Below are positions 50,126 to 58,995 of a stretch of DNA of 64,000 nucleotides, piece by piece (position 1 is the stretch's first letter; each line of letters starts with the position of its first letter). Source of the stretch: Dehalococcoidia bacterium (GTDB taxonomy: Bacteria; Chloroflexota; Dehalococcoidia; Plut-88900); contig OZ240215.1 in NCBI GenBank assembly GCA_965197585.1, positions 1,184,001 to 1,248,000 on the forward strand. The letters run 5' to 3'. A program made the translations under genes and the position numbers. The notes below the pieces were generated by a model. That model ran no database searches. It had not been told where the DNA came from and saw nothing but the letters and a program-made list of their open reading frames with translations.

Positions 50126-51256
50126 ATGCGGTTCGACTCCACTCCTTACTACCATGTCGGCGAGGATTACGATTGGGAGACCCTCGTTGACGAGATGCGG
50201 GAAGAGGTCCGGCTCATGGACCAGGGCGGATTCACCGGCACCTGGCTCGCCGAGCACCACTTCCACTGGGACGGCTGGTACCGCGCCTCCCCCAACCCCA
50301 TCCTCCTCGGAGCCGACCTGGTCAGCGAAAGCGACCGGCTTCGCGTCGGCCAATGTGGCACCATCCTCCCCGACTGGAACCCCATCCGCGTCGCCGAGGA
50401 CATCGCCCTTCTCGACCAACTCACAAGAGGCCGGGTCGATTTCGGCGTGGCCCGAGGCATTAACAATCGTGCCACCATCCAATTCCGAGAGGAAGCCGAC
50501 CGCCGAAACGAACAGCACCGCGCTCTCTTCAATGAAACCCTTGAGGTCATTCTCGGTGCCTGGCGGAACGATGCCTTCTCATACAAGGGTGAGTTCTTCA
50601 CCTACCCCGCTCCCGGCTGGCAGGAGACCAATCCCTTGGGCCGCGACTCCAGGTTTCACAGCGAAACCGGCGAGCTCAAGGCCCTGGGGCTCACCCCGAA
50701 ACCCTTCCAGCGGCCCCACCCCCCCGTTTTCAACATGGTTGAGTCCTCCAGCTCCCACGCCTACTCGGCCCGGATGGGCATTGGAGCCATGTGCTTCTCG
50801 ATCTCCCACGGGCGCATCAACGACGCCTGGCGGGCCTACAACAACGCCGCCTCGGAGGCAGCGGGCCACGATGTCCCCTACGGGCAAAACCTGGCCGTAA
50901 TGCGCCCCACCTATATAGCCGACACCTACGAACAGGCGGTCGCCGACGCCCGGGAAGGCACAAACCTACTCGCCTCCTGGATAACCACCGACCCCGACAA
51001 AGTCCGCAAGATAATGGTCAGCGAAGAGGAGCTGGAAGAAGGCGACCTGGACTTGGACTGGTTCGACTTCCAGCTCAAGCACGACCTCATCCTCGTCGGC
51101 TCCCCCGACACCGTCTCCGAGCAGATCGAGCGTCTGGAGACCGAGACCGGATGCCCCCACCTCGCATTCTTCCTCAACATCCCGCTCCTATCCTTCCAAC
51201 AGGTCATGCACTCCTTGGACTTGGCCTCTTCGAAAGTGATTCCCCGGTTCGCCTAG
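50126..51256 (+). CDS. LLM-class flavin-dependent monooxygenase (tandem paralogue 2)
   Basis: Same motifs as paralogue 1, plus GDLDLDWFDFQLKH. Confidence 0.93.
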   Translation: MRFDSTPYYHVGEDYDWETLVDEMREEVRLMDQGGFTGTWLAEHHFHWDGWYRASPNPILLGADLVSESDRLRVGQCGTILPDWNPIRVAEDIALLDQLTRGRVDFGVARGINNRATIQFREEADRRNEQHRALFNETLEVILGAWRNDAFSYKGEFFTYPAPGWQETNPLGRDSRFHSETGELKALGLTPKPFQRPHPPVFNMVESSSSHAYSARMGIGAMCFSISHGRINDAWRAYNNAASEAAGHDVPYGQNLAVMRPTYIADTYEQAVADAREGTNLLASWITTDPDKVRKIMVSEEELEEGDLDLDWFDFQLKHDLILVGSPDTVSEQIERLETETGCPHLAFFLNIPLLSFQQVMHSLDLASSKVIPRFA

Positions 51257-51259
51257 CTT

Positions 51260-52393
51260 ATGAGATTCGACAGCACACCCTACTATCACGTCGGCGAGGA
51301 CTATTCCTGGCAGACCTTGGTCCGCGAGATGCGGGAAGAGGTCCGTCTCATGGACCAAGGAGGCTTTACCGGTCTCTGGCTTGCCGAGCACCATTTCGCC
51401 TGGGATGGCTGGTACCGTGCCCCGACCGACCCCATCCTGGTCGGCGCTGACCTCATTGCCGAAAGCGACAGGATGCGTGTCGGCCAGTGCGGCACCATCA
51501 TCCCCGACTGGAACCCCATCCGCGTCGCCGAGGACATAGCCATCCTCGACCAGCTGACCAAGGGCCGCGTCGACTTCGGCGCAGGGCGGGGAATCAACAC
51601 CCGCTCCACCATCCAGTTCTTCAAAGAAGCCGACCGCCGCGACCCCGAGCGCAACCGTGCCCTCTTCCGAGAAGCCCTCGAAATCATAGTCAGGGCGCTG
51701 GAAAACGACGCCTTCTCCTACAAGGGCGAGTTCTACACTTACCCGACACCCGGCTGGTATGAGTCCAACCCCCTGGTCCGGGACCCTAAGTACCACGCCG
51801 ATGACGGTGAGTTGATCGCCCTCGGCGTCACTCCCCGCCCCTACCAACAACCCCGACCCCCGGTCTACATCATGGCTGAAACCGTCGGCTCCTTCGGTTA
51901 CGCGGGAGAGAAGGGCTACAGCGCCATGTGCGCCTCCCTGTCCCCCGGTAGAATCAACGAGGCCTTCGCCGCCCACAACAAGGCCGCCGCCCAGAGGCTT
52001 GGGCGCCCCGTCCCTACCGGCGAGGGCGTCGCCGTCATGCGCCCAACCTTCCTCGCCGAGACCTACGAAGAGGCCGTGCAGGCCGTTCGTCCCGGGGCAA
52101 ATCGACTCGCTGCGTGGTCCTCCGTAAACCCCCACAAGGCGCGGCAGGCCACCCTAATCGAAGAGGAGATGGAAGAAGGAGACCTGGATTCCGACTGGTT
52201 CGACTTCCAGCTCAAGCACGACCTGATCATGGTCGGCTCACCTGACTCGGTATCCGAGCAGATTGAGCGCATCCAATCCAAAACCGGCTGCCAGCACATC
52301 GCCCTTTTCCTCAACTTCCCCGGCCTCTCTTTCCAACAGGTCATGAAGTCCCTACACCTCTTCTCCGACCGCATCATCCCCAAATTTTCCTAA
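51260..52393 (+). CDS. LLM-class flavin-dependent monooxygenase (tandem paralogue 3)
   Basis: Same motifs. Starts 3 nt after paralogue 2. Confidence 0.93.
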   Translation: MRFDSTPYYHVGEDYSWQTLVREMREEVRLMDQGGFTGLWLAEHHFAWDGWYRAPTDPILVGADLIAESDRMRVGQCGTIIPDWNPIRVAEDIAILDQLTKGRVDFGAGRGINTRSTIQFFKEADRRDPERNRALFREALEIIVRALENDAFSYKGEFYTYPTPGWYESNPLVRDPKYHADDGELIALGVTPRPYQQPRPPVYIMAETVGSFGYAGEKGYSAMCASLSPGRINEAFAAHNKAAAQRLGRPVPTGEGVAVMRPTFLAETYEEAVQAVRPGANRLAAWSSVNPHKARQATLIEEEMEEGDLDSDWFDFQLKHDLIMVGSPDSVSEQIERIQSKTGCQHIALFLNFPGLSFQQVMKSLHLFSDRIIPKFS

Positions 52394-52489
52394 CAAACAA
52401 TCCCCTCTCCCTTGACGGGAGAGGGCTAGGGTGAGGGTGATTCGGACTCTTCAAAGATCATCCACCCCACACCAGGCACGAGGTGACAA

Positions 52490-53623
52490 ATGAGGTTCGA
52501 TTGCACGCCCTACTACCACGTGGGAGAGCAGTATTCCTGGGACACCCTGATGGACGAGATGCACCAGGAGGTTAAGCTCATCGACCAGGGAGGCTTCACA
52601 GGCCTGTGGCTCGCCGAGCACCACTTCGCCTGGGACGGCTGGTACCGCGCCTCCCCCAACCCCATTCTCATGGGCGCGGGCCTGATCAAGAACAGCGACC
52701 ACCTCAGGATCGGCCAGTGCGGTACCATCCTCCCCGACTGGCATCCCTTGCGCGTCGCCGAGGACATTGCCCTGCTGGATAACTTCACCGACGGACGCGT
52801 CGACTTCGGCATCGCCCGTGGCTTCGACACCCGCGCCTCCGCCCAGTTCAGCTCCGCTGGAGACCGCCGCAACCCCAAGCTCAACGCCGAGTTCTTCAAC
52901 GAGGCCCTCGACGTCATCATAGACGCCTGGAAACAGGAAGCTTTCCAATATCAGGGCAACCACTTTACTTTCCCTGAACCCGGCTGGCACGAACCCAACG
53001 AATGGGTCCGAGATCCCCGTTATCACGCCGCCGATGGCGAGATGGTCGCCCTCGGCGTACACCCCAAGCCTGTCCAGAAACCCCACCCACCCATCTTTCA
53101 GATGTCAACCTCCAACAGTTCCCACGAGTTGGCCGGCAGACGAGGCATATCCACAATGTGCCAGACTGTCTCCCTCGGCAAGATAAGGGAAATCTGGAAC
53201 ACATATTACGACGCCGCTAAGGAAGCGAGAGGCGAAGAGAACAACTTCGGCGACAAGCTCTCCGTGATGATCGCCACCTACGTCGCCGACACCATGGAAG
53301 AAGCCTTGGAAGCCGTCAGGCCTGGTGCCAATATGCTGGGCGTGTGGAACAAGCGGGACCCGATGAAGGCCTCCAGAGACTCGTTTGTAGAGGGCGAAAT
53401 AGAAGACGGCGACTTAGACCTGGACTGGTTCGACTTCCAGAGGAAGCACGACCTCATAATGGTCGGCACCCCGGACTCGGTAGCCGAGCAGATCGAACGC
53501 TACCGTACCGAGCTGAACTGCCAGCACATCGCCCTCTTCCTGAATTTCCCGGGTCTAAGCTTCCAGCAGGTGATGCGAAGCCTCACCCTCTTCACCGAGC
53601 AGGTCATACCCCGGTTCAACTAA
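52490..53623 (+). CDS. LLM-class flavin-dependent monooxygenase (tandem paralogue 4)
   Basis: Same motifs. GAGGTG SD. Confidence 0.93.
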   Translation: MRFDCTPYYHVGEQYSWDTLMDEMHQEVKLIDQGGFTGLWLAEHHFAWDGWYRASPNPILMGAGLIKNSDHLRIGQCGTILPDWHPLRVAEDIALLDNFTDGRVDFGIARGFDTRASAQFSSAGDRRNPKLNAEFFNEALDVIIDAWKQEAFQYQGNHFTFPEPGWHEPNEWVRDPRYHAADGEMVALGVHPKPVQKPHPPIFQMSTSNSSHELAGRRGISTMCQTVSLGKIREIWNTYYDAAKEARGEENNFGDKLSVMIATYVADTMEEALEAVRPGANMLGVWNKRDPMKASRDSFVEGEIEDGDLDLDWFDFQRKHDLIMVGTPDSVAEQIERYRTELNCQHIALFLNFPGLSFQQVMRSLTLFTEQVIPRFN

Positions 53624-53656
53624 GCCCATTGACCCCACCCCTCACAGGAGTAACCC

Positions 53657-54286
53657 ATGATCGGCATTGTCCCCCGAGAAATCGACGACTACGCCTTCGA
53701 CCACACCACCCCCCTCCCCCCCGTCATGGAGGAACTCAGAAAGGCGACCTACGACTCGGCTCCCGACGCCGAAATGCTCTCCGACCGGCTCATTGGCACC
53801 CTACTCCAGACTCTCATCCGAGTTTCCGGGGCCAAACGCGCACTGGAAATTGGCACCTTCACGGGATTCAGCGCCCTCATGATGGCCCACGCTCTCCCGG
53901 AGGATGGTGAACTCATAACCTGCGATATAGCCCCTCGATCCCTGGCCCGCGAGTTCTTCGCCAAGACACCCCACGGCAAGAAGATCGACCTAAGAGTCGG
54001 CCCCGCCCTCGACACCATCGACACCCTCCAAGGCCCCTTCGACCTCGTCTTCATCGATGCCGACAAGACCAACTACCTGAACTATTATGTAAAATGCATC
54101 GACCTGCTGTCACCCAGAGGCGTGATCGCAGTGGACAACACCCTGTGGGGAGGGAAGGTTTTGGACCCGAAAGATGAGAGCGATAAGGCCATAGACGCCT
54201 TGAACGACTACGTTACCAATGACCCTCGGGTCAACAACGTCCTGCTAACCCTGCGGGATGGCCTGATGCTCGCCTTCCCGGCTTAG
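53657..54286 (+). CDS. O-methyltransferase, caffeoyl-CoA/COMT family
   Basis: LEIGTFTGFSAL, FIDADKTNY, VDNTLWGG, RDGL. Confidence 0.92.
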   Translation: MIGIVPREIDDYAFDHTTPLPPVMEELRKATYDSAPDAEMLSDRLIGTLLQTLIRVSGAKRALEIGTFTGFSALMMAHALPEDGELITCDIAPRSLAREFFAKTPHGKKIDLRVGPALDTIDTLQGPFDLVFIDADKTNYLNYYVKCIDLLSPRGVIAVDNTLWGGKVLDPKDESDKAIDALNDYVTNDPRVNNVLLTLRDGLMLAFPA

Positions 54287-54294
54287 GCCCGGCC

Positions 54295-54675
54295 TTAGAC
54301 CCTGCGCCGACGCCGGACCCCGAACCACTCCACGGCAAAATACATTCCGAACGCCAGGAAAATCGATACGCCAAAATAGGTAAGCCCGTTCGACACGTCA
54401 AGTATTGCATTTACCAGGCTTATCACCCCCAGGAACGCCAGTATCAACAGGCGCCATTCCCTCCAATTTATCAGCGACAGCCCGAAGCCTATCGTCCCCG
54501 TTATTATCGCAATAGACACCGGGAACAGAAGAAGAAACCCTACCCGCTCCCGTGTCTCGTCATCCAGGTCGGGCCGGTCCTGGAACGCGGTGACGATCAT
54601 AATCATAATCACCGCAATCCCTAGCGCGACTAAGAACGAATAAGTTACGTCGATAAGTTGACGCCGCGCACCCAT
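54295..54675 (-). CDS. Hypothetical 4-TM membrane protein
   Basis: Four hydrophobic segments and a basic C-terminus. Confidence 0.65.
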   Translation of the reverse strand: MGARRQLIDVTYSFLVALGIAVIMIMIVTAFQDRPDLDDETRERVGFLLLFPVSIAIITGTIGFGLSLINWREWRLLILAFLGVISLVNAILDVSNGLTYFGVSIFLAFGMYFAVEWFGVRRRRRV

Positions 54676-54900
54676 GACCCAATATCCCCCAATTCCCCGG
54701 CGGTCTCTTTGATGTTCCGGAAGGGCGACCGTGGCGCTTCCAAGAGGTTCTGCTGATTATACGACTGTCGGCAAACGGGACGCATTGTTTCCCAACGTTG
54801 CCCCTGCTCCACCCGCTGGCTAAGCCCTTAAATACACCTTAAGTAAGAGTCTTTGGGAAATGCGTAACAATGCATTCTGGTAGTTGCATTTATCTTTTGT

Positions 54901-54982
54901 ATGGTAGAATGCTCCCCAACTTCGGTATCCCCGAAAGGGCGTGGTAAACGTCTACTTCCGGTCTGGAATGGGGATCACGAAG
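54901..54982 (+). promoter_or_regulatory. Extended -10 promoter and structured 5' leader of the RRM gene
   Basis: TGGTAGAAT (54902-10). CTTCG/CGAAG (54920-24/54978-82) and ATCCCC/GGGGAT (54927-32/54970-75) can pair. Confidence 0.45.
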
Positions 54983-55013
54983 CACGAGATACTTGGCCCT
55001 GGAGGACCTGTTC

Positions 55014-55277
55014 ATGAACATTTTCGTAGGCAACCTTCCCTATAGTCTGACCGACGAGGAGTTGAAAGAAGCTTTCGACCCTTTCGGCGCTGTCGATTCG
55101 GCACGCGTGATCACCGATCCCTATTCCGGCCGCTCACGCGGTTTCGGTTTCGTCGAGATGACTGACGAGCGCGAAGGTGAAGCTGCGGTTCAAGGCCTGA
55201 ATGGTAAAGAGCTCAAAGGCAGACCCCTTACCGTAGACCGGGCCCGACCCAAAGAGCCCCGCCGCCCCCGCTGGTAG
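55014..55277 (+). CDS. RNA-binding protein, single RRM domain
   Basis: RNP2 IFVGNL, RNP1 RGFGFVEM. GGAGG SD. Confidence 0.95.
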   Translation: MNIFVGNLPYSLTDEELKEAFDPFGAVDSARVITDPYSGRSRGFGFVEMTDEREGEAAVQGLNGKELKGRPLTVDRARPKEPRRPRW

Positions 55278-55462
55278 CCACGGTCGCAAGGCCATAGGCC
55301 CCCTCCCGATCGGTAACTTCTAAGCCCCCCAACCCAACTCTTCGGGCCCCTCGTTACCCATAGGTCAAACCGGGCTTTTTTACCTGCTGGCTCTACGCGG
55401 GATCTTTTGTATCCTAATCCTGATTTGACCCTATAAACTTGCAGGCAGGGGATAATCAGCTT

Positions 55463-56077
55463 ATGACTAGAACCGGGACATCTACTCTAGACATCCGACC
55501 CCTGACCCCCGACCTGTTGGACAGCATGCGGACCGTCCTCAGGGGAAGCTGGGGCAGTACCTGCTGGTGCATGTTCCCCCGGATCACCGGTACCCAATGG
55601 AAGAAACTCCCCGGCGAAGGGTCCGGCTCTTAGCGCCGCCGTGCAGCTATGGAAGACCTGGCCCGACGCTCTTACGCTCCGGGCCTCTTAGCCTTCCAGG
55701 GAGAAGACCCCGTGGGCTGGGTTGCCGTCGCCCCCGGAGCGAGCTTGCCCGCATCGAGAAGTCCCGGGCCACACCTCCGGTTGACGATCAGGATGTTTGG
55801 GTTATCCCTTGCGTGACCGTCCACAGGAATGCACGTGGCCAGGGAGTCGCCGTGGCCCTAATTCGGGCAGCGGCACAATATGCATTCCAGCACGGCGCTC
55901 CTGTCGTAGAAGCCTACCCCCCGGGCCGGAAACGAGCGCACCGGCGCCGACAACATCTTCTTCGGAACCGAGCCCCTTTTCAAACGCGCCGGCTTCGAGA
56001 TCGTCCGCGGAACCCTCCCCGACCGCCCCCGCAACTGGCTTCCTCGCCTCGCAATGCGCTTCAAACCGTTGCAGTAG
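55463..56077 (+). pseudogene. GNAT acetyltransferase, disrupted
   Basis: CWCM...PGLLAF...PVGWVAVAP / VWVIPCV...RGQGVA...VEAYP / FFGTEPLFKRAGF. Joining them needs readthrough of TAG 55631-33 and two shifts in C runs (about 55735 and 55920). Confidence 0.8.
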
Positions 56078-56344
56078 CCACCCCCAAGGTGGACAATGCA
56101 CTAAGGAAACCTCTGCCTGCCGGAGGGGCCGGGGCTGCTCGTGCTGAGGCTCTCGAAGTATGAGCGGGGGGAGGGACGTCAGGTAACCTGGATGGCACCA
56201 CTAGCGTGATCAGCATTTACGCAAAGATATCTCGATGGGTCGGAGATGCGCCGAGGCGCGAGAGGGCTGAGGCCGTAGTCTCGCCGAGCAGGGTCAGGGT
56301 GATACTGGCTTGCAAAAGACCCCAGCCCGAAGGAGGGCACCGCA

Positions 56345-57490
56345 ATGGCTAAGGACGGTTTCAAGGTCATCGACAGCGACATGCACGTCATGGAGCCAGC
56401 CTACCTCTGGCAGACCTACATCTCCCCCGAGTTCCGGGACCTCGCCCCCGTCGGCGCGGAAGAGTACTTCATGGACCTCCGCCTCAAGCACGACGGCCGA
56501 GTCATCGCCCGCAACCAGGACAACTTCGCCGACGAAGGGGAAATGTACGTAGATCTGGCGAAGCGCTACGGCAGGTTTGACGAGTTCCTGTCCTTCCAGG
56601 ACCGGGGCTGGGGTCCCGACACCCAGGTCGAGGCCATGGACGCCGAGGGGATAGACTTGGCTTTGCTTTTCCCTTCCATGGGCCTCTTCGCCCACGCCAA
56701 GGTCTACGACGATGATCAGCTCGCCGCTGCCATATCCCGTGCCTACAACGACTGGCTCGCCGAGTTCTGCCAAGGCAACTCCAGGAGGATGTTCGGTGCG
56801 GGCATGGTCCCTGCCCAGAATATAGACGCCGCCGTTTCAGAGACCCGGCGCGTTGCCCAGGACTTCGGCTTCAAGGGCGTATTCCTCCGCCCCAACCCCG
56901 TCCAGGGCCGCAACTGGAACCACCCCTACTATGACCCTCTTTGGGCCGAGTGCCAGGCTTTCGATCTCGCCGTCGGGTTCCACGAAGGCACCCCCTGTGA
57001 GCTTCCCGTGGCTATGGGAGAGCGTTTCGACGGCCACCACGAAAACCTTTGGACTACCGAGCACCTGGCCGCCCACCCCATCGAGCAGATGTACGCCTGT
57101 CTCGCGATTATCATGGGGGGCGTCACCCAGAGATTTCCAACTCTAAGGTTCGCTTTCCTGGAAGGGAATTGCAGCTGGTCGCCGTTCTGGATCTGGCGCA
57201 TGGACGAGCACTACGAGCACCGGGAGTCGATTCTAAAGGAAAAGTTGCCCCTCATGCCCTCCGAGTACTTCAAACGCCAGTGCTTCACCTCCGTCGAGGC
57301 CGACGAAGCGCCCGGCAAGTATGCCATCGACTGGCTTGGCGACAACAACATCGTCTTCTCCACCGACTACCCCCACCCCGACAGCCGCTATCCCAAGTCC
57401 GTAGAAATGCTCCTCACTCTCGATTTCCCCCACGACAGCATGCGAAAGATCCTCTGGGACAACTGCGCCCGCCTCTACGGCCTGTCCTGA
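56345..57490 (+). CDS. Amidohydrolase (Amidohydro_2)
   Basis: IDSDMHVMEP, LFPS, YNDWL, FHEG, FLEGNCSW, STDYPHPD. Confidence 0.9.
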   Translation: MAKDGFKVIDSDMHVMEPAYLWQTYISPEFRDLAPVGAEEYFMDLRLKHDGRVIARNQDNFADEGEMYVDLAKRYGRFDEFLSFQDRGWGPDTQVEAMDAEGIDLALLFPSMGLFAHAKVYDDDQLAAAISRAYNDWLAEFCQGNSRRMFGAGMVPAQNIDAAVSETRRVAQDFGFKGVFLRPNPVQGRNWNHPYYDPLWAECQAFDLAVGFHEGTPCELPVAMGERFDGHHENLWTTEHLAAHPIEQMYACLAIIMGGVTQRFPTLRFAFLEGNCSWSPFWIWRMDEHYEHRESILKEKLPLMPSEYFKRQCFTSVEADEAPGKYAIDWLGDNNIVFSTDYPHPDSRYPKSVEMLLTLDFPHDSMRKILWDNCARLYGLS

Positions 57491-57568
57491 GGTGGGGACG
57501 CTCGTGCTGTCGCAGATCCGCCGAGGTGGGAGCCCGTCGAAGTATGAGCGGGAGGCCAGGGTCTGCCC

Positions 57569-58489
57569 TCAAGCCCCGTCTCTCGTTTCTAACTCCACCC
57601 CCGACACCCGCGCCCAATAATTCACCGACTCAACCAGGTCCTTGTGCCCCAGCCCCGCCACCCGAGCCATCTGGTATAGCTGCACGCCCAGGTCGTTGAT
57701 GGGGGTGGGCACCCCTTCCTCCCTGCTCCATTCGCTGGTCAGCTTCAAGTCCTTGTACTGCAGATCTACCGAGAATCCCGGTTCGAAATCACCCCGCTCG
57801 ATTCTCGGCCGGACGTAATTCTGCATGAAATAGCAGTCAGCATCCGTCTCATCGAACACATCCATAAGGGTCTTGGCATCTATGCCCACCGCCGCCCCGA
57901 GAGCAAACGCCTCCGCCGAGATCAAGTTGACCATCCCACTAACGAAGTTGCTCAGCAGTTTCACCTTCGTCCCCGTCCCCGCCTCCCCCAGAAAGAAAAA
58001 CTTCTCGCCAAGAGCTTCCATCACAGGTCTTGCCCTTTCGAACGCCTCCCGATCCCCGCTCACCATGAAGGTTACGTTGGCCGCCTTTGCCCCGTCCGTC
58101 CCCGCCCCACCCGGCTGCCCCCCGCTTATTGGAGAGTCTAGGTAGTCCACACCTCGCTCCTTCGCCCGAGCGTGCATGTCAATCGCCGTCTTCGGATCGA
58201 TGGTGCTCAGGTCTACGATGACCGTCCCAAGCCGGGCCCCCTCTAACAAGCCATCCTTCCCATCTACCGCCGTCCTCACCGCCTCTGGGTTCGGCAGCGC
58301 CAGCAACACCACCTCCGACAACCTCGCCAAGTCCGCCCCACTCTCGGAAGCAAGAACCCCCAGCTTCTCTACTCCCGTCATCCGCTCCCGAACGCTGTCA
58401 TACACGTAGATCGGCCCGAAAGCCCTTGTCAGGTTGGCAGCGTATATCCGCCCGATAACTCCCAGCCCTACCAGTCCTATCTTTGGCAT
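57569..58489 (-). CDS. NAD(P)-dependent beta-hydroxyacid dehydrogenase (3-hydroxyisobutyrate / tartronate semialdehyde reductase family)
   Basis: GLGVIG, DLSTI, DSPISGG, KLLSN, FSVDLQYKDL. Confidence 0.88.
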   Translation of the reverse strand: MPKIGLVGLGVIGRIYAANLTRAFGPIYVYDSVRERMTGVEKLGVLASESGADLARLSEVVLLALPNPEAVRTAVDGKDGLLEGARLGTVIVDLSTIDPKTAIDMHARAKERGVDYLDSPISGGQPGGAGTDGAKAANVTFMVSGDREAFERARPVMEALGEKFFFLGEAGTGTKVKLLSNFVSGMVNLISAEAFALGAAVGIDAKTLMDVFDETDADCYFMQNYVRPRIERGDFEPGFSVDLQYKDLKLTSEWSREEGVPTPINDLGVQLYQMARVAGLGHKDLVESVNYWARVSGVELETRDGA

Positions 58490-58739
58490 CGTTTCACCTC
58501 TCCAGCAAAAGCCCGCATTTTTCTTCCCGTGTGAAACCCTTGAATAACCGTCATTCCCGCTCCCGAGTCGGCCTCCTTATCCCCACGGGCGGGGCATTCC
58601 GTTCGCCCTGCCTAAGATGCTGCAAGTGCTTCTTTGGCGTGCGCCGAGGCGTGAGCAGAGTCGAAGCCTTTCCTGAGGCTCCCGAAGGGTATCCCAAGAA
58701 TTGAATGATGTGCGAGCGTTCCATCCCCTCTCCCTTGAT

Positions 58740-58871
58740 GAGATCTTTGTCTAACCTCCCGCGGTGGGGCCGGGGCCGCTCGTGCTGAGGCTCTCGAAGT
58801 ATGAGCGGGGGGTGGAGGTCACGTGATCTGGACAGTACTGCAGAAGCAACCTGTAGTTGTGCAAAGGTCTC
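58740..58871 (+). mobile_element. MITE-like TIR element in a family C palindrome
   Basis: GAGATCTTTGTCTAAC...GTTGTGCAAAGGTCTC flanked by TTGAT/TTGAC. Family B copy at 58776-58808. Confidence 0.72.
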
Positions 58872-58995
58872 TTGACGGGAGAGGGCTAGGGTCCAAGACT
58901 CGCTGAGGAGAACGACGGTGAATTCTACAAAGCCACTCACGCACCTTATGTAACGAAGCTCCTCCCGGACCCACCCATCGACGCATTATGTCGAA

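Noticed and set aside
55631-55633. Pyrrolysine readthrough of TAG in the GNAT gene
   Set aside because: The gene has additional frameshifts, there are no pyl genes in the window, and TAG is used as an ordinary stop elsewhere.
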